A DNA stretch of 64,000 bases from Planctomycetota bacterium (GTDB lineage: Bacteria; Planctomycetota; GCA-002687715; CAIWVZ01): positions 448,001 to 512,000 of the forward strand of contig JBGANV010000002.1 of assembly GCA_044222185.1 (NCBI GenBank), read 5' to 3'. The notes under the pieces were generated by a model. It had not been told where the DNA came from. It ran no database searches and saw nothing but the letters and a program-made list of their open reading frames with translations. Positions 50,021 through 61,235 of this stretch are shown piece by piece (within the stretch, counting starts at the first letter, position 1; the number at the start of each line of letters is the position of its first letter). The position numbers and the translations under genes are program-made.

Positions 50021-50944
50021 ATGAGGCGATTCACAGACCTGTTCGCGGTCGGGGCCATCGTGTTGCTGGGCGGGTGCGCTGGCGCCGAGCTCACTCCCAA
50101 GGAACCTGAGATCCTCTCGGACGCGTCGCCGATGCTCCGGTACACGACGGATCAGTTCCAACTCGACCTGAACGAATACGAGGCCGTGGATCAGACGCCG
50201 GCGAAGCGCCAGGAGATCCGTGATCGCATGACGCGGCGTGTGATGGCGATCATCACGGACAACTTCAGCCACTTCGAGGCGGAGTTCTTCACAGGGCGCG
50301 CGTTCGGAGAGACGGGATTCGACATCGCCGGGCTGGGGCTCGACGCCGCGATCACGATCGTCGGTGGCGAGCGGACGAAGACCGTGCTGGGCGCCATCGC
50401 GACGGCCGTCGGAGGCGTGCGGCTGTCGATCGACAAGAACTTCTTCCGCGAGAAGACGTCCGAGACGTTGTTGGCAAAAATGCGCGGGCAGCGCGCCACG
50501 AAGGAAACGGAGATCGAGAAGAAGCTGCAGCTGGGCGACGGTGAGTACTCGATCTACGAAGCGTGGGGTGATCTCGTCGAGCTCTTCTATGCGGGCACCA
50601 TCCACTCGGCCCTGATCGGGCTGGCCGAGGACGCGGGGGAGAAGGCGAAGGAGGCCGTGCGCGAGAAGACCGCCGTCGTGGAAGCTCGGCCGGGGATGCT
50701 CATTGCTGCCGATTCGCGGGCGACCGTCCGCAAGAAGGCTGGTTTGAGCCGTTGGTTCCGCACGTTGACCCCGGAGCAACGCCGCACCGCCATCAACGCC
50801 CTGAAGTCGGCGCGAGCGAACAACGACACGCCGGCCGCCGATCTACTCGAAATCTGGGCCGAGCTGATGGACGAGACGAACACGAAGGATGCCGTCGAGG
50901 CGGCACGCGCCAGGCTGACGAGTGCAGGGCTCGCAGTTCCCTGA
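50021..50944 (+). CDS. Hypothetical lipoprotein
   Basis: GGAG RBS; MRRFTDLFAVGAIVLLGG-C lipobox; helical body with LSIDKNFFREKT and Gly-rich hydrophobic hairpin. Confidence 0.75.
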   Translation: MRRFTDLFAVGAIVLLGGCAGAELTPKEPEILSDASPMLRYTTDQFQLDLNEYEAVDQTPAKRQEIRDRMTRRVMAIITDNFSHFEAEFFTGRAFGETGFDIAGLGLDAAITIVGGERTKTVLGAIATAVGGVRLSIDKNFFREKTSETLLAKMRGQRATKETEIEKKLQLGDGEYSIYEAWGDLVELFYAGTIHSALIGLAEDAGEKAKEAVREKTAVVEARPGMLIAADSRATVRKKAGLSRWFRTLTPEQRRTAINALKSARANNDTPAADLLEIWAELMDETNTKDAVEAARARLTSAGLAVP

Positions 50945-50960
50945 TCGGAAGGACCGCACG

Positions 50961-51284
50961 ATGCCCAAACGAAAACAGTTCCCCACGAACCTGACCATCG
51001 CCGAAATCCGGGACCTTCTCGAGAACTTCGAGTCGGGCGGCCGCACCATCACGTACCTGGGCTACGAGAGCATCGGGTCGGGCGACGCGGTTGAGCACAT
51101 GAACGTCGTCGACGGTGTCGCACTGGAGGCGATGCCACGGGAGTTCGATCTGGTGGCGACGTCCGAGAAAGGCGTGGGCGACCTCATCAGCGAGCGAACC
51201 ACGGCCGGGGATCGTCTCGACCTCGTCACGTGGATCTACATCAAGGACGCCGAGAAGATGGTGGCGTTGTTTCGCAAGCCGTAA
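50961..51284 (+). CDS. Small hypothetical protein
   Basis: AAGGA RBS 16 nt after the lipoprotein stop; coding-like composition; no motif recognised. Confidence 0.65.
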   Translation: MPKRKQFPTNLTIAEIRDLLENFESGGRTITYLGYESIGSGDAVEHMNVVDGVALEAMPREFDLVATSEKGVGDLISERTTAGDRLDLVTWIYIKDAEKMVALFRKP

Positions 51285-51296
51285 TCCCAGCCAACC

Positions 51297-52286
51297 CTAC
51301 GGCCCCCGCTCTCCGAGCGGATCTTCGCCGTCATCTGGCGGGGCGACTTCGCCGCGACTCGCGCGAGCCGCGGCGGCGGCGGCCTGCTCGAGCGTCCACT
51401 TGTCTTCGATCACACGTCGTCGGCTCAGGCGACGGCGCGTGGCGAGGACGACGACGCACAGCAGTGCGAGTGCGACGGCGCCCTGAACGGCCACGTCGAA
51501 CATCCAGGCGCGGTCGGCGCGGAGTTCGGCGCGCCACAGATTCCCTTGCGCGGCGAGCGAGCGGGACGTCACGGCGGTCATCGCCGAGTCGAGGCTCATC
51601 CCCGCGAGGAGCGCGTTCGTGATCTTCCGCACGTCGGCACCGCCGTAGGTTCGGGCGATGAACCTCACGAACGAATCGGCTTGGGCGTAGGCCTTGCTTG
51701 CGGCGCCTTCGCCCTCGGGGAATGCCGTGGTGAGTTCGTCGAAATCCAAGAGCCACCCGAACGTGGCGGCGGGTCGAAGGTCGGGCGTGTCGAGAGGGCG
51801 TGCGCGACCGGCGATCCATTGCGCGAGCCCCTCCTCCCACCACCGCGGGATGGCTGCCGCGCCGGCACCGTGAGCGTCCGCGAGCGCGATGTGCACCAAC
51901 TCGTGTGCGAGGAGGCCGTCGACGCGGTCGTACTCCTCTCCTGACAGATCCCGACGGATGAAGATGAGGCGTCGCGAAGGGACGGCGAGCCCACCCGCCC
52001 AGTCGGGTGGCTCCGTCTGCGCTCGGCGTCGCACTTCGTCGCGCATCTCGCTCCGGCTTGCGACGATCACGACCGTCACCGGCGACGTCACCGACGTCCC
52101 GAGCATGAGCGTGACCCGGTCGCGTGCCGCGTCCGCGCCGCTGAGGAGTTTCACGGCCAGTGGCCGTGCGGCCGGGGCGAACACGACCCGACACCAGGGC
52201 TTGGCGAGCTCCTGCCAATCCTGCGCGGGCGTCGCCACGGCCGAGGCGACGATGAGGAGGACCGAACGCAGCAGGCGCAAAGCCAT
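51297..52286 (-). CDS. Peptidase MA-like (gluzincin) metallohydrolase, membrane anchored
   Basis: Signal peptide ending TPA-Q; LLAHELVH...IPRWWEEGLAQW, AYAQA; C-terminal TM followed by RRRLSRRR. Confidence 0.85.
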   Translation of the reverse strand: MALRLLRSVLLIVASAVATPAQDWQELAKPWCRVVFAPAARPLAVKLLSGADAARDRVTLMLGTSVTSPVTVVIVASRSEMRDEVRRRAQTEPPDWAGGLAVPSRRLIFIRRDLSGEEYDRVDGLLAHELVHIALADAHGAGAAAIPRWWEEGLAQWIAGRARPLDTPDLRPAATFGWLLDFDELTTAFPEGEGAASKAYAQADSFVRFIARTYGGADVRKITNALLAGMSLDSAMTAVTSRSLAAQGNLWRAELRADRAWMFDVAVQGAVALALLCVVVLATRRRLSRRRVIEDKWTLEQAAAAAARASRGEVAPPDDGEDPLGERGP

Positions 52287-52341
52287 CGTCCGGCATGATA
52301 GGTCGCGCCGCGTCATCGCCAGCGCCAGTCGGATTGCCTGG

Positions 52342-55300
52342 TCACGGCGCCTCGAAGAGCCGGGCGAATCCCGGGCGAGCACGGAGCGGAGCCAGCTGCG
52401 GATCGAACGTCCGGATCGACTCCACGGCGCATCGCAGATCTCGCAGCTTCTCCCTGACGACGTCGGTATCCGAGCCCGCGGCCCTCCGATCGACGAGAGT
52501 CTTCTCCATGTCGCGGATCGCGGCGCGCAGGATGCTCACCTCCATCGCGACGCAGCGTTCGCCGACCAGAGCGGCATCCTGATCCGGTTTCGAGCCCGCG
52601 GCGAGGACTCGTGAGGCCGCGATGCTTCCCGCGTGGAAGAACGCGCGGAGGGTGACGGGAAGTCGTGGCTCCTCCGCCCCGTCGCGGTCGAGCACCACCT
52701 TGAAGTGGGGGAGCGACTCGGCCGGCCGCTCGCCGACCGCGGCGCGCATGGCGACGATCGCGTGATCGGTCGCGGAGGCGGGCGACTCCTTCGCGAGGGC
52801 CCGGGTTCGAGCCAGGACCTCGACGAGGGCGTCGATGCGCCCATCGCTCGTGAATTTCTTGATCGCGGCATCCGAGGCATTTCGATCGGCGGCCGCGTCC
52901 GCTGCGAGGGGCGTTGCCTCGTCCAGCCGATCGGCGCGCCACAGGCAATGCGCGAGCTGGATCCGGGCACGCAGGCACTCGGCGTGAATCTCCTGGATCG
53001 CGTCCTTGGGCGTCGACGGCGCCTCCTCGAGTCCCGTGAGCTCCTGAACCGCGGCGCGCAGCGCGATCTCGGCAGCGGCGAGGTGCCCCATCTCCATCTC
53101 CTCACTTCCTTGCAGGGAGAGGGCGAACCCCACACGCGCGATCGCGCCAAGTCGCCGCGCCTCTGGTTCGATCGAGGCGGCGCGACGTCGCTCCTCGACT
53201 GCCCGTGCCAGCAGCGCGGACGCCTGGTCGAAGTGCCCCGCCTCATGCGCCGCGCGCGCGAGGTCGCGCGTCGCCGTCGCCGCGTCGGCCGCGGCGTTCG
53301 CGTCGGCCGGCGCCAGTTGCGCCGCCGCGCCGTGTGCGGCCAGCGCGCCCTCGGCATGACGCTCGGCCTCATCGACTCGGCCGAGTTCGCGTGCGCATTC
53401 CGCGGCGTCGGCCAACACCCAGCCAAGCCGCGTGGCGAACGCAGCGGACTTGGGGACTTCCGCGCAAAGACGGCGAAGAGCCTCGATGGGTGCTGCGAGC
53501 GTCTCGAGCGCGGCGGCAACGTCGCCCCGCTCACCCTGGACCCGCGCGACGGTTCGCTGCGAGAGCGCACGATCGAGGCGCCACGCCGTGTTGCGAGGGT
53601 CGAGGCGTCCCAGCCGCTCGCGGAATTCGCAGACCTCCTGGAACGAGCGGAAGGCTTCGTCTCGCTTTCCCGACTGCTCCTGGAGAACGCCGAGCACGTT
53701 CAGCGCGTGCCCCATCTGATAGAGGCGGCGTGAGTTCACCGGATCTTCGAAGAGAAGCCTCCGCAGCACGGCGACCGCCTGCTCCGACGACTTCAACGCC
53801 TCGGCCGGCTGGTCGCTTTCACGAAGGGCAAGCGCCAGCCCGTGGCTGCCCGTGGCCAGGAGCTCGGCCCACTCGCGATTCTCCGGCTCCGCTTCCGTCA
53901 ACGCCTGGAAGATCGATAGCCCTTCGCGTCGCGCGCGGATGGCGGCCGGTGGGTCACCGTTGACGCGGAGGGATTCCCCCAGGTTTTGAAGCGTGATGCC
54001 GAGCTCACGTCGCCACTGCGGTCGCGAGTCCGTGGCCGACAAGGTCCGCCATCTCTCCGCAGCCTCGCGGTATTGGACGAGTGCTTCCTCGTTCCGGCGC
54101 GCTGCCTTGAGGGTGTTGCCGTACATCGTGAGGCCGGCGGCGAGGAGGCGCGCGTGTTCAGGTTCCCGAGGGTCGATCTCCAGGAGCCGGCGTCGGATCG
54201 TGAGCGACTTTTCGGTCGTCGCCACGGCCGCGGCGTTCTCGCCGCGGATCATCTGCGCTCCAGCGATTGCATTCAGGGTCGACGCCAACTCGCGCATCGC
54301 GGCGACGTCGTCCGGACGGCGCTCGACGAGAGTCTGCAGGATCGACGCGGACTCATCGAACTTGCGCGTGGCTTCGGCGCTGTCACCCTCCGCGGCGACG
54401 ACCTCGCCGAGGTTCCGCAGGAGAAGCGAACGACGCAGCGCGTCCGGCACGTCATCCAGGTCGAGCGGGCGATCGGCGTAGTAATCGCCGGCCTTGCGCG
54501 CGACCTTCGCGAGCAGTTCGAGCTTGCCAACTTCCGTGAGGCGGCTCTTCAGGTCGACGAGCATGAACGAAATGAGGTCTTCGGCGTTGCCTCGGATTCG
54601 TCTCGCTTCGCCCAGTGCGGCGGTCTCGCCAGCGAGGGCTTCCTGCGTGCGGCTCAACGAATGGAGGCTGACGATGAGTCCCGCGGCGAGCGCCAGGAAT
54701 GCCACGCACAAGCTGGCGGCGATGGCGGGGTTGCGCTGCGTCCAGCGCTGCAGACGTACGGCGACCGTGGCGGGCCTCGCGCGAACCGGTTCGAACGAGC
54801 GCGCGCGGCGCAGATCCTCGGCGAACGCCGCCGCGTCCTGATATCGGCGCGCCGGGTTCTTGTCGAGCGCCGTGAGGATGACCGCAGAGAGCTCGGGAGT
54901 GATCGCCGGGTTCAGGCGCCGCGGATCTTCGGGTTCCGTCGTGCGAATGGCGCGGAGGAGCGCTTCGAGCGTCGCACCCTCGAAGGGACGACGGAGCGAT
55001 GTCATCTCGTAGAGCGTGACGCCCATCGACCAGACGTCGGTGCGCCGATCGATCTCGGTCGCACCAGCGGCCTGCTCGGGCGACATGTATGCCGGCGTGC
55101 CGACGAACGTCCCCGTGCCGGTGAGCGACGCATCGGTGCTCTGGGCGTCGCGAGCGAGGCCGAAGTCGAGGATCACCGGCTGACCCGACTTCTCGAGCAT
55201 GAGGTTGCCCGGCTTGATGTCGCGATGGACGAGCCCGGCCTCATGCGCGACGTGGAGCGCGCGGGCGGCGTTCTCGACGATCTCGACTTCGGCGAAGACG

Positions 55301-55830
55301 CTCTGTCGTCGCTGGCTCGTCCCCGTGGACGTCGTGCCGGCGGTGGCCGTCGTCTCGCGGGCCTCGCGGATGCGATCGGCGACCGTTCGGCCTGCCACGA
55401 GGCGCATGGCGATGAACGGCACTCCGTCGACGGCACCGGCTTCGTACACCGTGCAGATCCCAGGGTGATCCAGTCGCGCGGCGGCCGCAGCCTCACGCTC
55501 GAAACGAAGACGCGTCCACGCATCGGCGGCGTAGGCCCCGGTCAGGAGCTTCAACGCGACACGCCGGCCGAGGCGCAAGTCGTTCGCCTCATACACGACA
55601 CCTTGTCCACCGCGACCGAGTTCGCGAAGCAGTGCGTAGGAGCCGAAGCGGGCGGATGGGGATGCCTGCGCCGAGACGGGATGCGGTGAGTGCGTGCCGT
55701 CGACCTCTGCGTGCCCGACGACGAACGTGACGTCCGGCGAGGTCGGCGGAGTCGGGTCGGGCAGCCGCGGCGCTCCGTCGCCGGGGCGTCCGGGGACGGT
55801 GCCGTCCTCATCCGGCGTCGCAGTGCACAT
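52342..55830 (-). CDS. Ser/Thr protein kinase with TM segment and TPR repeats
   Basis: LGRGGQGVVY, VALK, HRDIKPGN, DFGLA, GTPAYMSPEQ, TDVWSMG; long TPR array with DP.N..W...LA units. Confidence 0.93.
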   Translation of the reverse strand: MCTATPDEDGTVPGRPGDGAPRLPDPTPPTSPDVTFVVGHAEVDGTHSPHPVSAQASPSARFGSYALLRELGRGGQGVVYEANDLRLGRRVALKLLTGAYAADAWTRLRFEREAAAAARLDHPGICTVYEAGAVDGVPFIAMRLVAGRTVADRIREARETTATAGTTSTGTSQRRQSVFAEVEIVENAARALHVAHEAGLVHRDIKPGNLMLEKSGQPVILDFGLARDAQSTDASLTGTGTFVGTPAYMSPEQAAGATEIDRRTDVWSMGVTLYEMTSLRRPFEGATLEALLRAIRTTEPEDPRRLNPAITPELSAVILTALDKNPARRYQDAAAFAEDLRRARSFEPVRARPATVAVRLQRWTQRNPAIAASLCVAFLALAAGLIVSLHSLSRTQEALAGETAALGEARRIRGNAEDLISFMLVDLKSRLTEVGKLELLAKVARKAGDYYADRPLDLDDVPDALRRSLLLRNLGEVVAAEGDSAEATRKFDESASILQTLVERRPDDVAAMRELASTLNAIAGAQMIRGENAAAVATTEKSLTIRRRLLEIDPREPEHARLLAAGLTMYGNTLKAARRNEEALVQYREAAERWRTLSATDSRPQWRRELGITLQNLGESLRVNGDPPAAIRARREGLSIFQALTEAEPENREWAELLATGSHGLALALRESDQPAEALKSSEQAVAVLRRLLFEDPVNSRRLYQMGHALNVLGVLQEQSGKRDEAFRSFQEVCEFRERLGRLDPRNTAWRLDRALSQRTVARVQGERGDVAAALETLAAPIEALRRLCAEVPKSAAFATRLGWVLADAAECARELGRVDEAERHAEGALAAHGAAAQLAPADANAAADAATATRDLARAAHEAGHFDQASALLARAVEERRRAASIEPEARRLGAIARVGFALSLQGSEEMEMGHLAAAEIALRAAVQELTGLEEAPSTPKDAIQEIHAECLRARIQLAHCLWRADRLDEATPLAADAAADRNASDAAIKKFTSDGRIDALVEVLARTRALAKESPASATDHAIVAMRAAVGERPAESLPHFKVVLDRDGAEEPRLPVTLRAFFHAGSIAASRVLAAGSKPDQDAALVGERCVAMEVSILRAAIRDMEKTLVDRRAAGSDTDVVREKLRDLRCAVESIRTFDPQLAPLRARPGFARLFEAP

Positions 55831-55906
55831 GGATGCAGGATACCCCGACGAGCGGGTTCGCCGAAACCCGCGGCACGGCGCGGCTCATGGCGCACTCACA
55901 CGCGTC

Positions 55907-57265
55907 CTACAGGTCGATGCGTCGATCGAACACCATGGACGTGTCGAGTTTCGCATCGAGCGTCTCGACGACGGTCCAGAGGTCGGGGACGGTCATCCCC
56001 CGGTAGATCTCCTTGCCCCCGCTGCGGACGACCACGTCCTTCGTCGGGTCGAACATCCGGGGATTCAGGAGGACGGTGATGCCTTTGGTGCCTTCGGCGG
56101 TTCCTTCGACCTCGAGCGTCACGGTGTTGTCCGCGATCGTCGCCCGGATCGTCTGGCGATCGGCGGGCTGGTCGCAGCGCAGCCAATAGAAGAAACGCTT
56201 CTGGAGGCGCGACGATGGGTCCGCGGCCGTGGGCCTCGGGAACGGTGACGTGGCGTACTCCCACACGAGCGTCGGTGGGAACGTCTTGCGCTTCTGCTTC
56301 TGGATGAACTTCAACGCCGCCGCCGGCTCGCCCGGGGGAAACGCGTGCGGCAGCTTGGGGTAGGTGGTGAAGTGGATCTCGCCGTAGCCCGTCGGGTCGC
56401 GCTGCTTGAGGTCGGTGAGCATGTCCTGCACGTAGAGGTACGTCCCCGGCATGCAGTTCCGATCGGCCAGCCCGATGAAGTACCACATGGCCAGGTTGCG
56501 TGCGTTGGGGATGAGCCCGTGCTGGAGCTCCGTCACGTCCTCCTTGCGCGGGAGCTGCGCCTTGGGCGATGCCATCACGACTCCTGCGCAGGGGCACGAT
56601 CCCGCCAGAAGGTCCGGATGGCGGCCGGCCATGAACCACGACCCCGTCCCGCCCATGCTGAAGCCCATGCAGTAGACCCGATCCGGGTCCACGTCGAACT
56701 GTGCCTTCGCGATCTCGATGAGTGTGAGAATGAACCGCTCACCGTGCACCGTGTTCCACGTGTCGTCGACGAGTCGGATGCCCTGCGGATACATGCCGAT
56801 GGAATCCGGCAGCACCCACGTCCCCGCGGGCTCGTCGGCGGACCCGGCGCCTTCGCCGCCACCGTGAAGTCCGATGACGAGCGGCTTCTTCTTGCCCGAT
56901 CCCTTGAGGATGAATTTCGCCTCGCCGTACGGCGTCGTGATCGTCTTCTTCGCAGTCCCGTCGAACTTGGGGCCGAGCCTCGCTGCCTGCGACCACAGGA
57001 TCTGGACGACATCGCCCAGCGATCCTTCGGGCAGGGGCCCGAACTCCTTGCACTTCGCCATCAGCTGCGCGCGCTCGGCAGCGGGCCATTCCTCGAACGC
57101 CGTCTTCGGGCGCGCCTTCCAGAATGCCTGGGCGATCTGGTGGATCTGATCGCGCTGCGTCTGGGTGAGAGGCAACGTCGCCTTCGGCCGTGACGTCTGG
57201 CCGGCGGCCAGTTGCAGAGCCATGAACATCCCGAGCCCGATGGCGATCGCAGAGCGTCGTTTCAC
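55907..57265 (-). CDS. Secreted alpha/beta hydrolase (esterase/peptidase-like)
   Basis: GTG start at 57265, signal peptide ending AAG-Q; PLVIGLHGGG, VDPDRVYCMGFSMGG nucleophile elbow, GLAD and PHAF; C-terminal beta domain. Confidence 0.85.
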   Translation of the reverse strand: MKRRSAIAIGLGMFMALQLAAGQTSRPKATLPLTQTQRDQIHQIAQAFWKARPKTAFEEWPAAERAQLMAKCKEFGPLPEGSLGDVVQILWSQAARLGPKFDGTAKKTITTPYGEAKFILKGSGKKKPLVIGLHGGGEGAGSADEPAGTWVLPDSIGMYPQGIRLVDDTWNTVHGERFILTLIEIAKAQFDVDPDRVYCMGFSMGGTGSWFMAGRHPDLLAGSCPCAGVVMASPKAQLPRKEDVTELQHGLIPNARNLAMWYFIGLADRNCMPGTYLYVQDMLTDLKQRDPTGYGEIHFTTYPKLPHAFPPGEPAAALKFIQKQKRKTFPPTLVWEYATSPFPRPTAADPSSRLQKRFFYWLRCDQPADRQTIRATIADNTVTLEVEGTAEGTKGITVLLNPRMFDPTKDVVVRSGGKEIYRGMTVPDLWTVVETLDAKLDTSMVFDRRIDL

Positions 57266-57396
57266 GGCGGAGAGTCTACGCGGCGAGGTGCCGTCACGGC
57301 GGCATTCCGCGAGGTCAGTTTGCTTCCGGTGCCGCCCGAGCTCCGCTCCGATCTCGGCGGTGGCGCGACCGTCGAGGCGACTGCGGTCGATCCATC

Positions 57397-60338
57397 TCAG
57401 AACACCAGCTTGAACGGAGTGTTGGAATGCCCCGTGACCTGCAGGGTCTGCGGGTCGTAGGTCACCGTCACGGCGCGGAGCGGAAGACGCAGGAACTGCG
57501 GCGGCACGCCCCCTGAGCCGAGCACGAACTGCGACGCCCCGCCCCCGTCGAACGTGCCGACGAACGGGGGCGCCTGGAAGAGGAACTCGGTCAGGAGTTC
57601 GTTGGGACCGACCTCGAGCCCATTCCATGCGATCGTCGGGTACTCGGCTCCGAACGACATCGCCGTGAAGTACGCCGCGCCGGGTACGCCGAGCGAGTTC
57701 GCGATGCGAATCGACCCCGAACCCGACGGCTGCGTGAGCGCCACCGAGCAGGCGAGCACGTCGATCGAGACGGGTTGAGTCGTCGTCGATCCGCACGGGT
57801 TCGTGACGACGACGTCATAGGAGCCGGCGTCACCCTGGACGACCGACGCGATGGTCAACGTGGCCGAGGTTGCGCCCGCGATGGGCACCTGATTCTTGCG
57901 CCACTGATACGTGAGCACTGGCGCTCCGGCTGCGTCGACCGATCGGCTCGCCGGATGGTTGAGGTTGAACGGCGCCGCCGACGGGATCTTGAGGATCGCG
58001 GGCGTGCCCGGTGCGGTCCAGCGCGCGATGGCATTGGCGGGCGCGCCGGAGACTTCGGTGAAGCCGCCGGCGACGAAGAGTGACGGCCCGGTGCCATCGT
58101 CGAACGGTGCGAGGGCGCGGACGCGTTGCCCGACGGACGCGACGACCCCGGCCGCGAGCGGCTCCCACGCCGAGCCGGTCAGCCGGGCCACGTGGTTGAG
58201 TCCGCGGTTGTTGCTCGACGTTGCGCTGCCTCCGGCATGAAGCGCGGGCCCGCGGCCGTCGTCGTAGACCGCCAGGGCGTCGATCGTGCTCTCGGCCGAT
58301 GGAGGCCCGGGGGAGTACCAGCCGTCACCCACGCTCTGCCACGCTCCGTTGCGCACCGGGCGATCCGCGCAGCGGGCGTCCCGCCGGCGGTCTGGAATCC
58401 GCCCGCCACGTGGAGCCCCGGGCCGCTCCCGTCATCGAAGACCCTCATCGCGCGCACCGCCGGGATCGAGCTGGTGCTGAAGATGCCGCTGCCGACCGCG
58501 CTCATCGACGAACCGTTCCAGCGCGCGATGTTCAACGCGGGGACGCCGCCCGCGACACCGAACGAACCGCCCACGTAGAGCTCCGGCCCGGATCCGTCGT
58601 CGAACACGGCCATCGTCGACACCGTCGTCCAGAGGCTCGCGCCGGAGAAGCCGGAACCGACCGGCTGCCACGCATCGCCCGTCCAAACCGCCATGCGCTC
58701 GGCCGGGACTCCACCGGCGATCGAGAACTGACCGCCAGCGTACAGCTTCGGTCCGGACCCGGAGTCGTAGACCGCGAGCGACATCACCGGGCCGTTGAAT
58801 CCGCCGCCGACGCTCGACCAGGACGCTCCGTTCCATCGCGCGATCCCGGCCGCGGGCACGCCCCCCATCGTCGAAAACGAACCGCCCGCATAGAGCTTCA
58901 GACCCGAGCCGTCATCGAACGCCACGAGACAGTTCACGCCCGCTTGATTGGACTGCGTGTACGGGCCGACTCCACTCCCGAGCGGTCGCCAATTTCTGCC
59001 GTCCCAGCTCGCCACTCCGAAAGCGGGCGAGTCACCAGCGTTGTCGAAGCGCCCGCCCGCGTACAGAAGCGGACCCGCTCCGAAGTCGGCGACCGCCAAC
59101 GCGTCGATCGTGCCGATGACTCCCCCCGTCACGCGCGTGACCACGCCGGCCGAGACCCGGGACAACTCGCACGGGGCGTGGAACGGAGTGAGGCTCGGTT
59201 GCCAGCCGACCGTGTAGAACGCGGGGCCGCGCCCGTCGTCGAAGGCCGCCATCGCAAATGGAAAATGCGCGAGGGTCAGGGCACCAGGCGGAGTCAGCCA
59301 TGAGGTCCCGTTCCAGCTCAGCAGATGTGCGCCGTCGAGCGCTGCGACATCCCCGCCGGCGTAGAGGCGTGTGGACGTTCCGTCATTGAACGACAGCGGA
59401 GTTCGGACGACCGGGGACCCGGAGGCGACGGGCGTGCCCATGGCGCTCCATCCCGTCGCGTTCCAACGTGCGACACTTCGGGCCTGGATTCCGCCGGCGC
59501 TGGTGAACGATCCGCCTGCCGAGAGCGCAGGTCCCGTGCCGTCGTCGTGAGTTGCCAGTGCATTCACGGCAACGTTCGTGCCCACGCCCAGGCTGCTCCA
59601 CGCAGACCCGTTCCATCGCGCGAGGTTCGAGGTGTTCACCGCTCCGGCGCTGTCGAAGAGGCCACCAGCAAAGAGGGCCGGCCCGGAGCCATCGTCGAAC
59701 ACCGCGAGGGCCCTGACGTCGCCATGCGAAGCGTTGGAGGTCAATCCGCCACCGACTGCGGACCAACTGGTCCCGTTCCACTTCGCGATGGAGTTGCAGG
59801 TCACGCCTCCGGCCGTGGTGAACGAGCCCCCGGCGTAGAGGGCCGCGCCGGTGCCGTCGTCGAACACGGCGAGGGTGCGCACCCAGCCGCCCGAGATGCC
59901 GGAGCCCAGGGGCGCGAAGGTCGTGCCGTTCCACCGAGCGACGTTCGCCGCCGCCACGCCACCCGCCGACCCGAAGCTCCCGCCGACGAACAGCGAAGAC
60001 CCTGACCCGTCATCGTGACTTGCGAGCGCCAGCACTGGGCCGCCGACACCCGCTGTCGTGCTGCCTGTGGGAACCACGGGGGAGAATGCTCCACCGTCGA
60101 ACCTCACGAGACACGGCGACGCGACGGGGCCGGCGCCCGTGAAATCGCCACCGATGTAGAGATTCGTGCTCGCTCCATCGGACCACGTCGCCATGGCGAG
60201 GCCCTGCCACTCGAGCGCGCCGACGGACCCCACGGCCGTCGACCAGTTCTGACCGCACTGGGCCCAGGCCCTGCAGGTCGCGAGCGCCGTGACGACGGCA
60301 AGACGAAACATGTGGGTGAAGTCACGGGGCTCGCCCAT
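57397..60338 (-). pseudogene. Secreted 14-repeat beta-propeller + Ig-like + C-terminal domain protein, split by a single-base frameshift at ~58354 (pseudogene or sequence error)
   Basis: AGGAG RBS and signal peptide ending AWA-Q; repeats V.AL.VFDDG.G..LYAGG.F..AGG....IARWNG continue across ORFs 58179..60452 and 57397..58356; adding one G restores RIARWRNGAWQ; then TYQWRKN...DAGSYDVVVTNPCG Ig motif. Confidence 0.85.
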
Positions 60339-61235
60339 GGTGTCGCTCCTGGTCCTCGGGCCGGTGTGATGGCGGCGTCCGAGCGGTCGACCGGTTTGCA
60401 AACACGATGCCATCCGCCGGCGGAGCTCCGTGGCAGTCGAATCCAGCTGCATGGCGCACGGAAGCGGTTCCTGAGCCCGCCCCCAGCGTTACCGAGACGT
60501 AGCCGGCACGCGTGGGCGTCACCGCCCGCGCAACATGCCAGTACAGATGCCAGCGGATCTCCAGTGGGGCGCGAGGCTCCGCGTCGCCCCACTCACGAGG
60601 TTGCGGCGCGGCGCCGGAACCGCGGAGCGGCGGCGGATGCACCACCTCCCGATCGACCGCCACCGGCGCGGCGGCCACATCGAGCCACGACCTCGCCAGT
60701 TCCCTCTGCCGTCCTTGCGTGCTCGTCCGCGAGAACGCTGGACCGGCAATGCGCGCGTGTCCTCGCACGGACCAGCGTCTCGTCATCATCGCTCCATGTC
60801 GCTGCGCCGATCGCTGCGCAGCCGGATGCCTGCGTCGTGAGCACCGATTCCCCGCGCCACCTGAGCCCGGGCGGAGGCGGGGCGCGCAATCGCCGCAGAC
60901 GGGGCGCCATGACGAAGCCGAGCCCCGCCCCCCGGCGTCGTCTCGCACGTGATGGCGCGCGTGCGGGCGATGTCCGCGCCGACCTGGGCGGCAGGGTTCC
61001 ACCTGTCGCCGCCGACTGTGCAGGGCGACCGACGCCGATATGCTCTGGCGATGTCGGGCGGCGCGGCAGAGCCCGTGGGCGATCGTTGCGCCGCACGGCG
61101 ATTCGCTCGAGGCGTGCGCGACGACGCATCGGCCGTGTCCTCGAGCAAGTGCCCAGGCGTGCGAAGCGGCACCGTGTTGCATACGTGGGCGTGTCGCGTG
61201 TGCGGCCGTCGAATCGGAATGTCGGGAGATCAGAC

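Noticed and set aside
58340-58365. Programmed ribosomal frameshift or phase-variable tract
   Set aside because: No slippery heptamer, long homopolymer or short tandem repeat at the break; a simple deletion or sequence error is more parsimonious.
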